Positions 19,048 through 29,900 of a stretch of DNA of 64,000 nucleotides are shown here, in pieces. Each line of letters opens with the position of its first letter. Positions within the stretch are counted from its first letter, which is position 1. The notes below the pieces were generated by a model that saw nothing but the letters and a program-made list of their open reading frames with translations, was not told the DNA's origin and did no database searches. This DNA is from Patescibacteria group bacterium (lineage in GTDB: Bacteria; Patescibacteriota; Patescibacteriia; JAXHNJ01): the NCBI GenBank assembly GCA_041649715.1, contig JBAZMP010000003.1, forward strand, positions 167,690 to 231,689. Direction: 5' to 3'. The translations under genes were made by a program, and so were the position numbers.

Positions 19048-21825
19048 CTACAGCTCCCTTGCCTTTTCCACACTTATCTGTCCTCCCGGTTCCAAGACCG
19101 CCACGTCGCGACGGGTCAGCTTGCCCTGCAGCATATAACTCGCCAAAGCGTTGTCCACCGTTTCCTGGATCAACCGGCGCAAAGGCCGGGCCCCGTAGAT
19201 CGGGTCGTAGCCTGTTTTGGATAATTCCGCGATCGCTTCCGGCGAAGCGCGCAAGGTGATCCCTTTTGCCTGCAGTCTCTGGCCGACCTTCTTCAGCAAC
19301 AAATTCACCACTTGTTTAATATGCTCTAGGCTCAATGGACGGAACAAAATAATGTTGTCAAAACGGTTGATGAATTCCGGCCGGAAGAATTTGAACAATA
19401 TTTCCTCCAAAAGCTCCCGCTTTATCACTTCCAGGGTCGCCCCCTCGTTCAATCTGGCTTGAATGTGCGGCGTGGCCGCGTTGGAGGTGGCGATCAAAAT
19501 GACGTTTGAAAAATCGATCGTCCGACCCAAGGAATCGGTCAGCCGGCCGTCATCCATCACCTGCAAGAAAACATTTAAAACATCGGGATGGGCTTTTTCC
19601 AACTCATCTAGTAAAACCAAAGAAAAGGGGTTATTCCTCACGCTTTCCGTCAAATATCCGCCGACGCCCGCCCCGGCATAACCGGGCGGCGCCCCGATCA
19701 AACGGTTCAAGGAGGACTGGTCTTGATATTCCGACATGTCCAGGCGGATCATGTTTTCCTCCGAACCAAAATAGACATCGGCCACGGTTTTCGCCAGTTC
19801 CGTCTTTCCGACGCCGGTCGGCCCCACAAAAAGCAGATTGGCGATCGGCCGGTCGATATCGCGAAGTTCCATCCGCGCCCGGCGTAGCGCCCCGGCCACC
19901 GCGGTCACGGCCTCTTCCTGGTTGATAATCCTTTCATGGATCCGGTCTTCAAGTTTTAATAATTTTTCGCTTTCTTTTTCCGTGATCTTGGTCACTTTGA
20001 CCTTGGCTCTTTGCGAAATGATCAGAGCCACGTCCTCACCGGTCACCGCCGCGTCACGCCCTTTGGCTTTACGAACATAAACCGCCACTTCCTGCAATAA
20101 AGAAATGGCTTTTTCCGGGAGATAACGGTCATGGATATAACGCTGCGACAAAGTGACCGCTTTTTCTAAGGCCTCGTAGGAAAAATAGACCCGGTTCTTG
20201 TATTCAATCCCGCCGGCTTTGGCCTCCAAAATCCTGATCGCCTCGTTCGTCTCGGGCTCCAAAATAGTCACCTTCTGAAAAACGCCGGTCAAGCCGCCGC
20301 TTTGCTCGATGTAGCGGCTGTAATCAATAGGGTTAGTGGTCGCCATCGCCATAAAATAGCCTTTTTGCAGGGCTTCCGACAAAATCGCCGACAAATCCAG
20401 AGTCTTGCCGCCTCCCGAGGAAACACCAACCATGTTCTGGATATTGTCAATCGAAAGAACAATATTGCCCGACCGGATTATTTCATCGATAATCGCCGAG
20501 AGTCTTTCTTCTAACTCACCGATGGCTCCGGCTCCGGCCACCAGGGCCGGCACTGACAGACTGACCAGGCGCTTATCCCGCAAGACCTCCGGCACATCCT
20601 CCGCCGCCATCAGGGAAGCGATCCCTTCGACAATATTGGTCTTCCCCGTTCCCGGGAAACCGACCAAGATCGGATTGGCCTTGCCGGATTCCATCACCCG
20701 GAAGATTTCCGCGATCTCATTTTCTCTGCCTACGCAAAGCTCCAAAACCCCTTCTCTGGCCAAGCGCGTCAGATCGCGGGAAAACTGGTCTAACACCGGC
20801 GTGGCAATAGCCGTCATTGCCCTGTTTATCCCGCTTTTCGGTTTGCGCGAGGCCCTGGTCCTTAATTTTGACCACTGGCGGCCGAGTTTTTCCTGAATAT
20901 TCAGCCACTCCACCACGTTTCTTAACCGGTCAAAATCTATCCCTAAGTCAAAAAGAATTTCCTGGGCGGCCGTCCCGGTTCTGGCGATAGCGATGATCAG
21001 ATCCGGTACGCCGAGGCTGGCCCGGCGCCCCTTGTAAGCCTCTTCGTAAGCGTAATAAACCAGTTTGCTAAAATTTTCGGATAAGATCGGTTCGCTTGCC
21101 CCCTGACTAGGGATCAGCTGTAAATGCTTATTTATCTGGCCGATCAGCTTATCCGGCATGGCGGCCAACCGGGCCATAATGATTTTCATTTCCCTGGCAG
21201 AAATCAACGCCGCCAAAACATGAAGTGGCTCTAAAGTATTGTGATGGAAACGATTAGCCAATTCCCAAGCTTTCTCCACCGTGCTTTGCGCACCGGCGGT
21301 CAAATACCGGGAAACTTCCTCAGTGATCTTTTTATTCTGCAGTATCTCGGAAAACGATTCCAAGATTTCAGGGGCAGGCACTTTCTCACGGAAATCCCTG
21401 GCAATGTGGGGAAAAGCATTTCTTTCTTTTTCCAACCGGTAATAGATGTACAAATCAACCAGCAGGGAAAACCAAAAGATCAACAAAGAGGTATTACGCA
21501 AAAGCAGAAAATCATAATTCGGATAACCCTGGCTGAAATGCTGGTAGAATTGCCAGAAACCCAGCAAAAGTCCGATTATGCCGACAAGAATCGAAAAGCC
21601 GTTAATGGCCGCCCGCATGGTTTTTTCGGATTTTTCCTCCAAGATCCTGACCAGGGAAATCTTTTTTCGCCAGACCAGATAACGGCCCTGAAAATATCCC
21701 GCCAGGCCTAAGGACCGGCAAGTCGGGCAAGGCCGGTACTTCCCCTCTTCCATGACAAAACTTTGGCCTTGGCACTGCGGACAGGCGATAAAACGCAAGT
21801 CGGGTATTTTCTTTTCTTCGGGCAT
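19048..21825 (-). CDS. ClpA/ClpC-like AAA+ ATPase with N-terminal Zn finger and two TM helices
   Basis: CPQCQG...CPTC; two hydrophobic segments; Clp N domain; GFPGTGKT; GPTGVGKTE; RLDMSEY; LLDELEKAHP; GARPLRR. Confidence 0.9.
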   Translation of the reverse strand: MPEEKKIPDLRFIACPQCQGQSFVMEEGKYRPCPTCRSLGLAGYFQGRYLVWRKKISLVRILEEKSEKTMRAAINGFSILVGIIGLLLGFWQFYQHFSQGYPNYDFLLLRNTSLLIFWFSLLVDLYIYYRLEKERNAFPHIARDFREKVPAPEILESFSEILQNKKITEEVSRYLTAGAQSTVEKAWELANRFHHNTLEPLHVLAALISAREMKIIMARLAAMPDKLIGQINKHLQLIPSQGASEPILSENFSKLVYYAYEEAYKGRRASLGVPDLIIAIARTGTAAQEILFDLGIDFDRLRNVVEWLNIQEKLGRQWSKLRTRASRKPKSGINRAMTAIATPVLDQFSRDLTRLAREGVLELCVGRENEIAEIFRVMESGKANPILVGFPGTGKTNIVEGIASLMAAEDVPEVLRDKRLVSLSVPALVAGAGAIGELEERLSAIIDEIIRSGNIVLSIDNIQNMVGVSSGGGKTLDLSAILSEALQKGYFMAMATTNPIDYSRYIEQSGGLTGVFQKVTILEPETNEAIRILEAKAGGIEYKNRVYFSYEALEKAVTLSQRYIHDRYLPEKAISLLQEVAVYVRKAKGRDAAVTGEDVALIISQRAKVKVTKITEKESEKLLKLEDRIHERIINQEEAVTAVAGALRRARMELRDIDRPIANLLFVGPTGVGKTELAKTVADVYFGSEENMIRLDMSEYQDQSSLNRLIGAPPGYAGAGVGGYLTESVRNNPFSLVLLDELEKAHPDVLNVFLQVMDDGRLTDSLGRTIDFSNVILIATSNAATPHIQARLNEGATLEVIKRELLEEILFKFFRPEFINRFDNIILFRPLSLEHIKQVVNLLLKKVGQRLQAKGITLRASPEAIAELSKTGYDPIYGARPLRRLIQETVDNALASYMLQGKLTRRDVAVLEPGGQISVEKAREL

Positions 21826-21832
21826 AAAATAT

Positions 21833-22216
21833 TTAAAAAAGGCCGCGCTGGCCGCTTAAATTTAAAATAATCATATAGACGATGAAAACCGGCAAAACCA
21901 ACCAGAGCAAGAGCAAAACAAGAAGAATGGCCAGCCAAATGACCATCAATACCAGTTTATAGAAAAAGACGATGATTCTCAGAAAAAAACTGATGATCCG
22001 TCCGGAACGGCTGTAATCGCCGTACATCGGTTTCAGCAAGTTCATGAATAATATCTTCAGCGAAAGCCGATTCGACCAGCTTAAGACTTCGTTGACAAAA
22101 AATAAGCCGGCTTTTTTCAAGCCCGCCGTATACCACCAGACGGGAAAATAAACGACATCAAAAACAAGTTCTTTCAGAATATATTTGGTGGTCTTCGCCG
22201 CTAAATTTTCCGCCAT
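21833..22216 (-). CDS. membrane protein directly upstream of the Clp ATPase
   Basis: 127 aa, YFPVWWY motif, long hydrophobic C-terminus, 7 nt gap to the Clp gene. Confidence 0.8.
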   Translation of the reverse strand: MAENLAAKTTKYILKELVFDVVYFPVWWYTAGLKKAGLFFVNEVLSWSNRLSLKILFMNLLKPMYGDYSRSGRIISFFLRIIVFFYKLVLMVIWLAILLVLLLLWLVLPVFIVYMIILNLSGQRGLF

Positions 22217-22340
22217 AAATGGAAAATTAATATTTTCACCTATATTATATCATAAAAATCGATTTTCCGCAAGGTAAAAATATATTAGGTAAAGCCGCTC
22301 GTTATTTTTTCTAGCGAGCGGCTAAAGTACATTTTTTGGA

Positions 22341-22706
22341 TTAAGCGTCCTGCTTTTCACGGAAAGCCTGCCTTTCTTTTCCGTTTCTTAATTTAACGAG
22401 ATCATCAAGCGCCCGAGAAATATCAATGTCTTTTTCGCAGGCGTAAATATGGCCATTGTTGCCGAGTCCGACCGCGATTTCGAACACTAATATTTTTCGG
22501 TCGGCCTCGTGCGTCACCCCGACCAGTATCCCGAATTCATGCCCCCTTTCTTTCTGGCACTGGCCGAGATTTTCTTTCTGATTGAAGTAGACCCTGACCT
22601 TAAAATCAATCAGATCATGGATGTCTCTGACGCGGCAGGAAATAATCCCGTCGCGACTCCCTTCTATCTTTTCCCGCTGTCCATAACTGATTATCACCGG
22701 ACTCAC
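22341..22706 (-). CDS. hypothetical protein (cassette)
   Basis: TTGACA at 22789, AAAGGGGGTG SD, terminator AGCCGCTCG..CGAGCGGCT at about 22293-22323. Confidence 0.65.
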   Translation of the reverse strand: MSPVIISYGQREKIEGSRDGIISCRVRDIHDLIDFKVRVYFNQKENLGQCQKERGHEFGILVGVTHEADRKILVFEIAVGLGNNGHIYACEKDIDISRALDDLVKLRNGKERQAFREKQDA

Positions 22707-22846
22707 CCCCTTTCAAGAGAGGAAAGAGCTAAAGATCTGACGACTTAATCCGCTAATGTATTAGATAAACTATTTCGATATTTTGTCAAGTAGATAAAGA
22801 ATAAAAAAAATGAGGGTGGTCTTAACACCCCCAAAAGTGCATCTTT

Positions 22847-23029
22847 TCACTCTTCCGCGGGCAGACAACATTCATCCGCTTCTTTTCTCGTCCAGTGTCT
22901 CATGCCGCAAACATGGCAGATAAATTCACCGTTTAGCCGGCCGTCGTGTTCAGCAACTTTCAGCGCCTGCTCAAACTTCTTATATTCCTTGGTGTCCTTT
23001 TTCAGAATCTTGTCTTCTTCCTTCTCCAT
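22847..23029 (-). CDS. small putative zinc-finger protein (cassette)
   Basis: FICHVCGMRH......ECC; TTGACA(23101)-16-TATGAT; AAGGAG SD. Confidence 0.7.
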   Translation of the reverse strand: MEKEEDKILKKDTKEYKKFEQALKVAEHDGRLNGEFICHVCGMRHWTRKEADECCLPAEE

Positions 23030-23125
23030 GTTAAATCACTCCTTGCTTACAAAAAAATTGGGATAGCATACCCATCATACTCTTAGGCAATATTTTGTCA
23101 ATACCTAATATAATTATAAAAATGG

Positions 23126-24208
23126 CTAAATCTTTTTTAGTCTCAGCCGCTCCATTAATCGATTGTAAAACCTGATATTGTGGATGGTGGCTAATGTAAG
23201 GGCTAAAGGTTCTTGGGTCAGGAATAAATGCCTTAGGTAAGCGCGGCTGTAATCCCGGCAGGTACGGCAGTCGCAATAAGGATCGATCGGTTTTAGGTCA
23301 AAGGTGTATCGGGCCTGTTTGATCTTTATTTCCTGGTAGAAATCTTTGCCGGATAAACTTGGATTTTTTGACCGCCAGACGTATAAAACTCCGTGGCGGG
23401 CGTTGCGCGTCGGTAAAACGCAATCAAACATATCTAGGCCTAAATTGACCGCCTTTACGATTTGGTCCGGATAGCCCACACCCATCAGGTACCGCAGCTT
23501 TGAGGCGGGCAAATAACCCTGGAGCCATTCTAAAACCGAATACATTTTTCTTTCCGGCTCCCCGACAGCGAGCCCTCCGACGGCGAAACCGTCAAAGGGC
23601 AAACTAGTTATTTCTTTGGCGTGTCTTATTCTTAAATCCTTGTATATTGAGCCCTGAATAATGCCGAATAATAACTGGCCGGGCTTTTTGTGCTTTTTAA
23701 AATACTCGAAACCCCGCTTGGCCCAAGCCGTGGTCAAATTCATGGACTTTTCGGCGTAATCTTTTGAACAAGGGTGGGGCGAGCACTCATCAAAAGACAT
23801 GATTATATCCGCCCCCAAATCTATCTGGATCTGGATGGCTTTTTCCGGAGATATAAAATGGGATCGGCCGGAAAGATTATCCTTAAAAAACACCCCCTGG
23901 CTGGTAATTTTCCGGAATTTGGCCAGGGAAAAAACCTGATAGCCCCCCGAATCGGTCAAGATCGGCCGGTGCCAATTCATAAAACGGTGCAAACCGCCCG
24001 CTTTTTTAATGACCGGCACTCCCGGCCGCAGATACAGATGATAAGTATTGCTCAAGATAATTTGTGTTTCTAATTTTAAAAGATCGTCCGTGGTCACTGA
24101 CTTTACGGCCGCTTTTGTGGCGATCGGCATAAAAAAGGGGGTTTTTATCAACCCGTGCCTGGTTTTTAAAATTCTGGTGCGGGCCGAAATTTTCCCCGGT
24201 TTTTTCAT
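23126..24208 (-). CDS. tgt: tRNA-guanine transglycosylase
   Basis: TPFFMPIAT, NTYHL, LTDSGGYQVFSL, GIIQG, YLMGVG, DMFDCVLPTR, C.C..C zinc site. Start placed at ATG 24208. Confidence 0.96.
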   Translation of the reverse strand: MKKPGKISARTRILKTRHGLIKTPFFMPIATKAAVKSVTTDDLLKLETQIILSNTYHLYLRPGVPVIKKAGGLHRFMNWHRPILTDSGGYQVFSLAKFRKITSQGVFFKDNLSGRSHFISPEKAIQIQIDLGADIIMSFDECSPHPCSKDYAEKSMNLTTAWAKRGFEYFKKHKKPGQLLFGIIQGSIYKDLRIRHAKEITSLPFDGFAVGGLAVGEPERKMYSVLEWLQGYLPASKLRYLMGVGYPDQIVKAVNLGLDMFDCVLPTRNARHGVLYVWRSKNPSLSGKDFYQEIKIKQARYTFDLKPIDPYCDCRTCRDYSRAYLRHLFLTQEPLALTLATIHNIRFYNRLMERLRLKKI

Positions 24209-24224
24209 GATTTTATCCTTATCA

Positions 24225-26162
24225 TTACTGACTTTGGGTAACGATCCCCTTTCCCTGGGCATTAATGTCATTCTTCAAATCGGTCGTCAGAGAATCACAA
24301 TTGGCTTTGATCGTTTGTTCGGTAAAACTGTCCGTGGCTTGAAGGTTGGTCTGATCGGTCAAAATTTTCACAAAGCCTCCGTCCGCCGCCACGGGTGTCG
24401 TGCTTACCTCAAAAGAAGCGGAAAGCTGCGGGTAAATCTGGCCGGTACCGACGGGTATTTTATTGACCGTCCAGGTTACTTGACGCGTGGCCGGGGCAAA
24501 AGACAGATCGCCGGCCGATAAAACCTTATTCTGGCCCGTCCAGTAGATATCCGCCGGTAAAGTGGAAACAACTGTCACGTTTAAAAGCTCGTTTGACGTA
24601 TTGGTAAGGTACCAATAGACCCGATAAGTCGTCGTCTGGCCGACCACCGGCGGCAAAGGGCCGGTCCCCAAGGCTTCGTTTTCTTCCGAATAGTAGCGCG
24701 TCTCGCAGTTTAATTCCGCCACCGTATTGACTTTAAGCGTCACCGCGTTGCTTTCGGCCGCCAAACTGCCGCCGCCCAAACCTTCAATGGCAGAAGATTG
24801 ACCTTTAAACTGGCTGATGAACTGGAAATTCTTGTCTTCAGAACCGTTTAGGGCCAATTTTTCCTTAAGATTTATTTTGAAAGTAATTTCCCCGTGGCTG
24901 GCCGGCTTTAAAGAAGAAAGAAGGTCGATCTGGTCTTTTGTCCAGGTGATTGACTGGCCGCTGACCTTCCCCTTAAGATCATCGGCGAAGGTGGAAAAAT
25001 CCAGGAGCTTATCATCCAATTCCAAAGTAAGGGTCACGTCTTTTAATTCTAGGTCGGAATTATTCTGGTAAAGCAAATAATAGGTCAGGGTTTCTCCGGG
25101 ATCAACGGCCGCATTTTCATCGGAACCGTTGATTTTAAGTTCCAGCGTCAGTTCAGGAGAGATCAACAGAACCAGCAGTGATTTTTCCACCTGCGGGTTA
25201 AATTCGCCCTCCGGCCCGATCAGGCCCACCGTAAATTTGATTTCCTTCATGTCACCGGCGGCTCCGACAAATACCCCCTTAAGCTCAATTTCACCCGTGT
25301 TGCCCGCCTCCAGGCGGTCAATCTGCCAGGTGTTCTTGCCTTCGGAAAAATTCGGATTGGCGGAAGCAGGCGTAAAACCGTCCGGATAAACCGCGACCAA
25401 TCTAATTCTTTCCAAGGCCTCGGAAGAATCATTTTTATATTTTATTTTATAGGTCGTTTCTTTTTCCGGGATGACTCTGCTGCCGCCCTCGATTTCCAAA
25501 CCGATATTAGACGAGGAAATGGCGGTCGAAAAAGACGTTTCCGTGTTAAAGGTGGAATTAAAATTAGAGGGTTTATAGCTCAATTTGGCGCTGAAACTTT
25601 TTTGACTTCCCACTTCGCCCATGAGCAAGCCGGTGATTTTCACTTCGCCTCCTTTTCCCGCGCCCAGATCCCGCAGCCTCCAGTATTGATTGTAAGTATT
25701 ATCGGCTTCCGGATCAGCGCTTTTAAAGGTAAATCCTTCCGGATAAGTCACGGATAATTCCAGATTGCCCAAAAAAGCCTGGCCTTGATTCAGGTATTGG
25801 ACAGTCAGGGTTATTTCCTCGCCGGAAGCGACCCGGCTGACCCCCGTAACATTCAAGGCCACGTCCCCTTCTTTAAACTTCTTGTCGCGGAAAAAAACAA
25901 AAAAGCCGGCCAGAGACACGGCAAAAAGCAGAAGCAATAAACCGATTATTTTTAGATAAAATGATTTTTTGCCTTTCTTCACTTTTTCCAGTTTCGTCAA
26001 ATTCAAAGGCTTGCCATCTTTATCCTGATACATCTTAGCGATGGCTGGTTTATAATCCGCCAGAGATTTCACCTGGTTGTCCCTTTTTTCTTCTTCCTTC
26101 TTTTCTTCCACCTTAAAAACGGGGATTTGACGGGTAAAATCTTTTACTTTTTTCTTTGGCAT
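24225..26162 (-). CDS. membrane-anchored protein with repeated beta-sandwich (DUF11-like) domains
   Basis: One TM near residue 70-90; repeated 'Y.I.Y.N....L..V.L...P..F' and 'W.I..L..G..GEI' units. Confidence 0.8.
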   Translation of the reverse strand: MPKKKVKDFTRQIPVFKVEEKKEEEKRDNQVKSLADYKPAIAKMYQDKDGKPLNLTKLEKVKKGKKSFYLKIIGLLLLLFAVSLAGFFVFFRDKKFKEGDVALNVTGVSRVASGEEITLTVQYLNQGQAFLGNLELSVTYPEGFTFKSADPEADNTYNQYWRLRDLGAGKGGEVKITGLLMGEVGSQKSFSAKLSYKPSNFNSTFNTETSFSTAISSSNIGLEIEGGSRVIPEKETTYKIKYKNDSSEALERIRLVAVYPDGFTPASANPNFSEGKNTWQIDRLEAGNTGEIELKGVFVGAAGDMKEIKFTVGLIGPEGEFNPQVEKSLLVLLISPELTLELKINGSDENAAVDPGETLTYYLLYQNNSDLELKDVTLTLELDDKLLDFSTFADDLKGKVSGQSITWTKDQIDLLSSLKPASHGEITFKINLKEKLALNGSEDKNFQFISQFKGQSSAIEGLGGGSLAAESNAVTLKVNTVAELNCETRYYSEENEALGTGPLPPVVGQTTTYRVYWYLTNTSNELLNVTVVSTLPADIYWTGQNKVLSAGDLSFAPATRQVTWTVNKIPVGTGQIYPQLSASFEVSTTPVAADGGFVKILTDQTNLQATDSFTEQTIKANCDSLTTDLKNDINAQGKGIVTQSQ

Positions 26163-26195
26163 ATGACGCCGTTATTATAGCAGAGAAAATCATTT

Positions 26196-26954
26196 TTAGC
26201 CATCCGGCATTTGTTTCAGATAACTAAGGCTTTTAAAATCATGCTCAAAAATATATTTTAGATAGGGGAAAATTACTTTTTTTAATTCTTCAATTTCTTT
26301 CTTTTCTAGCTTTAAAGCCGCGGCTTTTTTCAGATCCTGCTCTAAAAAGAAACGCAGGATCTTGATCGCCTCCGTCGAAACCGGATGAGACTCCTTGTCC
26401 ACCTTAAGACACTGCGGGCACAAGAGACCGGCCTTGGCTAGACTGAAATTATTCCTAACCGGTTTTATCTTGCTCTGGCACTCCTGGCAGGAATAAAGCT
26501 GGGGGATAAACCCCAAGGTTTTTATCAACTTAAAAATGGCGGCAATTATAAGCTGGATTTTTTTTGAAGTCTCTCTGGCTTTTTCCAAAATTTCCAAAGT
26601 TTCTTTTAGCAGCTCGAAGATCTCGCCCTCCCGGCTTTGAGGCTTAATATGCTGTCCGGTAATCTCCACGATCACGGCCAGCCAGGCGATCACGGTCAAA
26701 TCATTCCGAATATTATGATAGTATTTCAAGACCTTAACCGCGGTAATGTAATCAAAACTCCGCCCCCCCGCGACCATCAATTCCGCCAGGGCGTATGGCT
26801 CCAAGGCACCGGCCAACTTGCTTTCCTTCTTTCTTGCTCCCCTGGCCAACAGTTCCAACTTGCCTTCATTTTTCCCGTAGACAAGAAAAATCCGGTCATT
26901 TACCCGGAAATTTTTTCTGTTTAAAATAATGGCTTCTGTTCGGAAAAGCGGCAT
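26196..26954 (-). CDS. recO: DNA repair protein RecO
   Basis: EAIIL...DRI...GKL...ARGARK..SKL; C..C and C..C zinc site. Confidence 0.93.
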   Translation of the reverse strand: MPLFRTEAIILNRKNFRVNDRIFLVYGKNEGKLELLARGARKKESKLAGALEPYALAELMVAGGRSFDYITAVKVLKYYHNIRNDLTVIAWLAVIVEITGQHIKPQSREGEIFELLKETLEILEKARETSKKIQLIIAAIFKLIKTLGFIPQLYSCQECQSKIKPVRNNFSLAKAGLLCPQCLKVDKESHPVSTEAIKILRFFLEQDLKKAAALKLEKKEIEELKKVIFPYLKYIFEHDFKSLSYLKQMPDG

Positions 26955-26957
26955 AAA

Positions 26958-29900
26958 TTAGACCACAAAACCGATTCTTAGATCCTTTCCTTCAATTTTC
27001 AGGTCTTTATAAAAAGACAACTTCTCCAATTCTTCCTTTTTCCCCTCAATAATATCAGAGGCCAGTATCTCTTGCTTGAGTTTTTCCCCATAAACCGCCA
27101 AAAGTTTATCAAAAAATCCGGAGGCAGCGGCATATTTCAGCTTGATCCGGTTGCCCGGCGTCAATTTTGCTTCTTTACGCAAAGAATTTATTTGCCTTAT
27201 CAATTCCCTGACTATTCCCTCCTCCCTTAATTCATCGGTTAAAGTGATGTCGAGCGCCACCCAAAAACCGTAACTTTCTTTTACCTTGAACTCGCTACCT
27301 GCGGGTTTTGTTTTTCCCAGATGGATTTCTCTCACATTAAGCTCCTCGGCGATTATTTTTAATAATTTCTCGTCTAGATTCTTCGCGTTGGAAACAAGTG
27401 AAGTTAAAGGCTGCCGGACCTTAAAACCGTTTTCCGCCCGCAAGGCATGACCGGCTTCGACTATCTGCCGAACCAAAATCATGTCATTTATCACCGACTT
27501 TTCGATCTCCCTGTCTAACCCCGGCCAATCAGCTAAGTGTACCGACTCCTTCACTCCGCCGGTGGCCTGATAAAGTTCTTCCGCCAGAAAAGGCGTGAAA
27601 GGCGCCATCATCTTGCTCAATGTCAATAAAACATCCTCAAGCGTCGACAACGCTTCATTTTTTTCCGCTTCTGCGGCGCCCTTAAACCGGTTTCGGCTGC
27701 GCCGCAAATACCAGGTGGATAAATCATTGATAAAGACCTCCATCTTCCGGACCGCGTTCACTATCTCGTAATGCTCCAAATCTTTTGTCACTTCTTCAAT
27801 CAACAAATGAAGAGAGGTTAAAATCCAGATATCGAGGACATTTTTGCTTTCTATTGGCTTAACTTCGGTTCCGGCGTACATCTGGTAAAAACTTAAAACA
27901 TTAAAAAGAACCAAGAAGTTTTTCTTAACCACTGATTCTACGCCGGAAGCGTCAAAATTTTTGGTTTCACCCGGCTGATTCAAAGAATAAAAATACCAGC
28001 GGATGGCATCCGCGCCGAATTTTTCGAAAATCTCTTGCGGGTTTACGACATTGCCGCGCGACTTCGACATCTTCTGACCGTTTTTATCCAGGACCAAACC
28101 TAAGCAGATGACATTTTTATAGGCCGGACCTTTATCTAAAAGAGTGGAAATAGCCAAAAGAGTGTAAAACCAGCCGCGCGTCTGATCCATTGCTTCGGAA
28201 ATAAAATCCGCCGGAAAACCCGTCCCTTTATCAATCTTTTCCTTGTTCTCAAAGGGATAATGGACTTGAGCGAAGGGCATAGAACCGGAATCAAACCAGC
28301 AATCAATCACTTCCGGCACCCGCTTCATTTCCCCGCCGCATTCACAGAGAGCTTTTACCTGGTCCACAAACGGCCGGTGAAGATTTATTTCTTGTAATTC
28401 TGGATTTACGTAAAATACCCTTGGATCTGCCCCGGTTTTATGACCATAAATCTCCTTTATTGCCTGCGAAACGGAATAATGGCGCAAATAATCCGCGAAC
28501 ATGACAATCTGTGCCTGGTGAGTGACGCAAAGGACGTTATGCCCTTGGTATTTTTTGACTAAATTATCGGCAAAAACAACAATTCTTTTTTTAACGTCTT
28601 CAAACGACTCTCCGGCTTGGCTATGTTTTATCGTTAAAGCTTCGGGACTGGCCTTTTCCCGGTATGCCAAAAATCGGCGATAATCATGATCATTTTTAAT
28701 AAGCTCGTTATGGGTTTTTTCCTCCCATGACCCCTCAAATATTTCATTAAGATCCTTATCCTCAATAATTTTCACTTTCAGGGATCGATTGATTATTTCC
28801 GCTGTTTGTTTGGCCCTTAAAGTCGGCGAGGTAAAGATGATATCAATATTTTTTCCCGCTAACTGCTGGGCATAATTTTCCGCTTGTTTTTTGCCTAAGG
28901 CAGTGAGAGGATATTTATCCGGGGCCGAACTGTCAATCCCTTTTACATTTTTTTCGCTTTCGGCGTGGCGAACCAAAATCAATTTTGTCGGTTTTTCTGC
29001 CGCCTTTAGCCTTAATTCCTCCCGGGAACCGAAACACTGATATTTGTGACATTTTTCGCACTGCCAGACAGGCAAGGGCGTACCCCAATAGCGTTCGCGG
29101 CTGATAGCCCAATCTTTTACCTCGTTAATCCACTCGCCAAAGCGGCCTTCTTTAATATAGTCCGGCACCCAATTAATTTTTTCATTATTCTTTTTTAGCT
29201 TTTCTCGTAAAGCCGACATCTTAATAAACCAGGAATTCTTGGCGTAATAAAGCAGGGGCGAATCGCAGCGCCAGCAAAAAGGGTAATCATGGGTATATTT
29301 TTCCGTTTTATAAAGAAGATTTTTTTTCTTCAAATAATCGATGATCTCCTCTTCCAGTTTTTTATCTTTTACAAATCTCCCCTGCCAGGGTTTTACCAAG
29401 GAGTTAAAAATGCCATTCTCATCTAGGGTATGAATTTTCGGCAGGCCGATTTTCTCGCCTAAGTTATAATCGTCTTCCCCATACATCACGGCGGTGTGTA
29501 CCACGCCTGTTCCGTCTTCGACGGTGACAAAATCGGCGAGAGTCAAATAATAAGCCTTTTTGCCCCCTTCTTTTTCTAGATCAAGAAAATCAAATAAGGG
29601 CTTGTATTTTTTCCCTTCCAGCTCTTTTGCCGAGTACTCTTTTATCACCTCGTGATCACCCTGCAAAACATTTAACCGATCTTTGGCTAAAATAAGGAAC
29701 TCATTTCCCTGTCTGATTTTTACATACTTAAAGGACTCACCTAGGGCCAGGGCGACATTGCCCGGCAAAGTCCAGGGAGTAGTGGTCCAGGCTAAAACAA
29801 AAGTCCCGGGCTCATCAGCCAGTTCGAATTTAATATAAACCGAATCCTCGGTCACGGATTTGTACCCTTGGGCGACTTCATGCGAAGAAAGAGCCGTGCC

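Noticed and set aside
28400-28990. Intein in ileS
   Set aside because: There is no N-terminal Cys/Ser block, terminal His-Asn or LAGLIDADG motif; the insert has histidine-phosphatase motifs.
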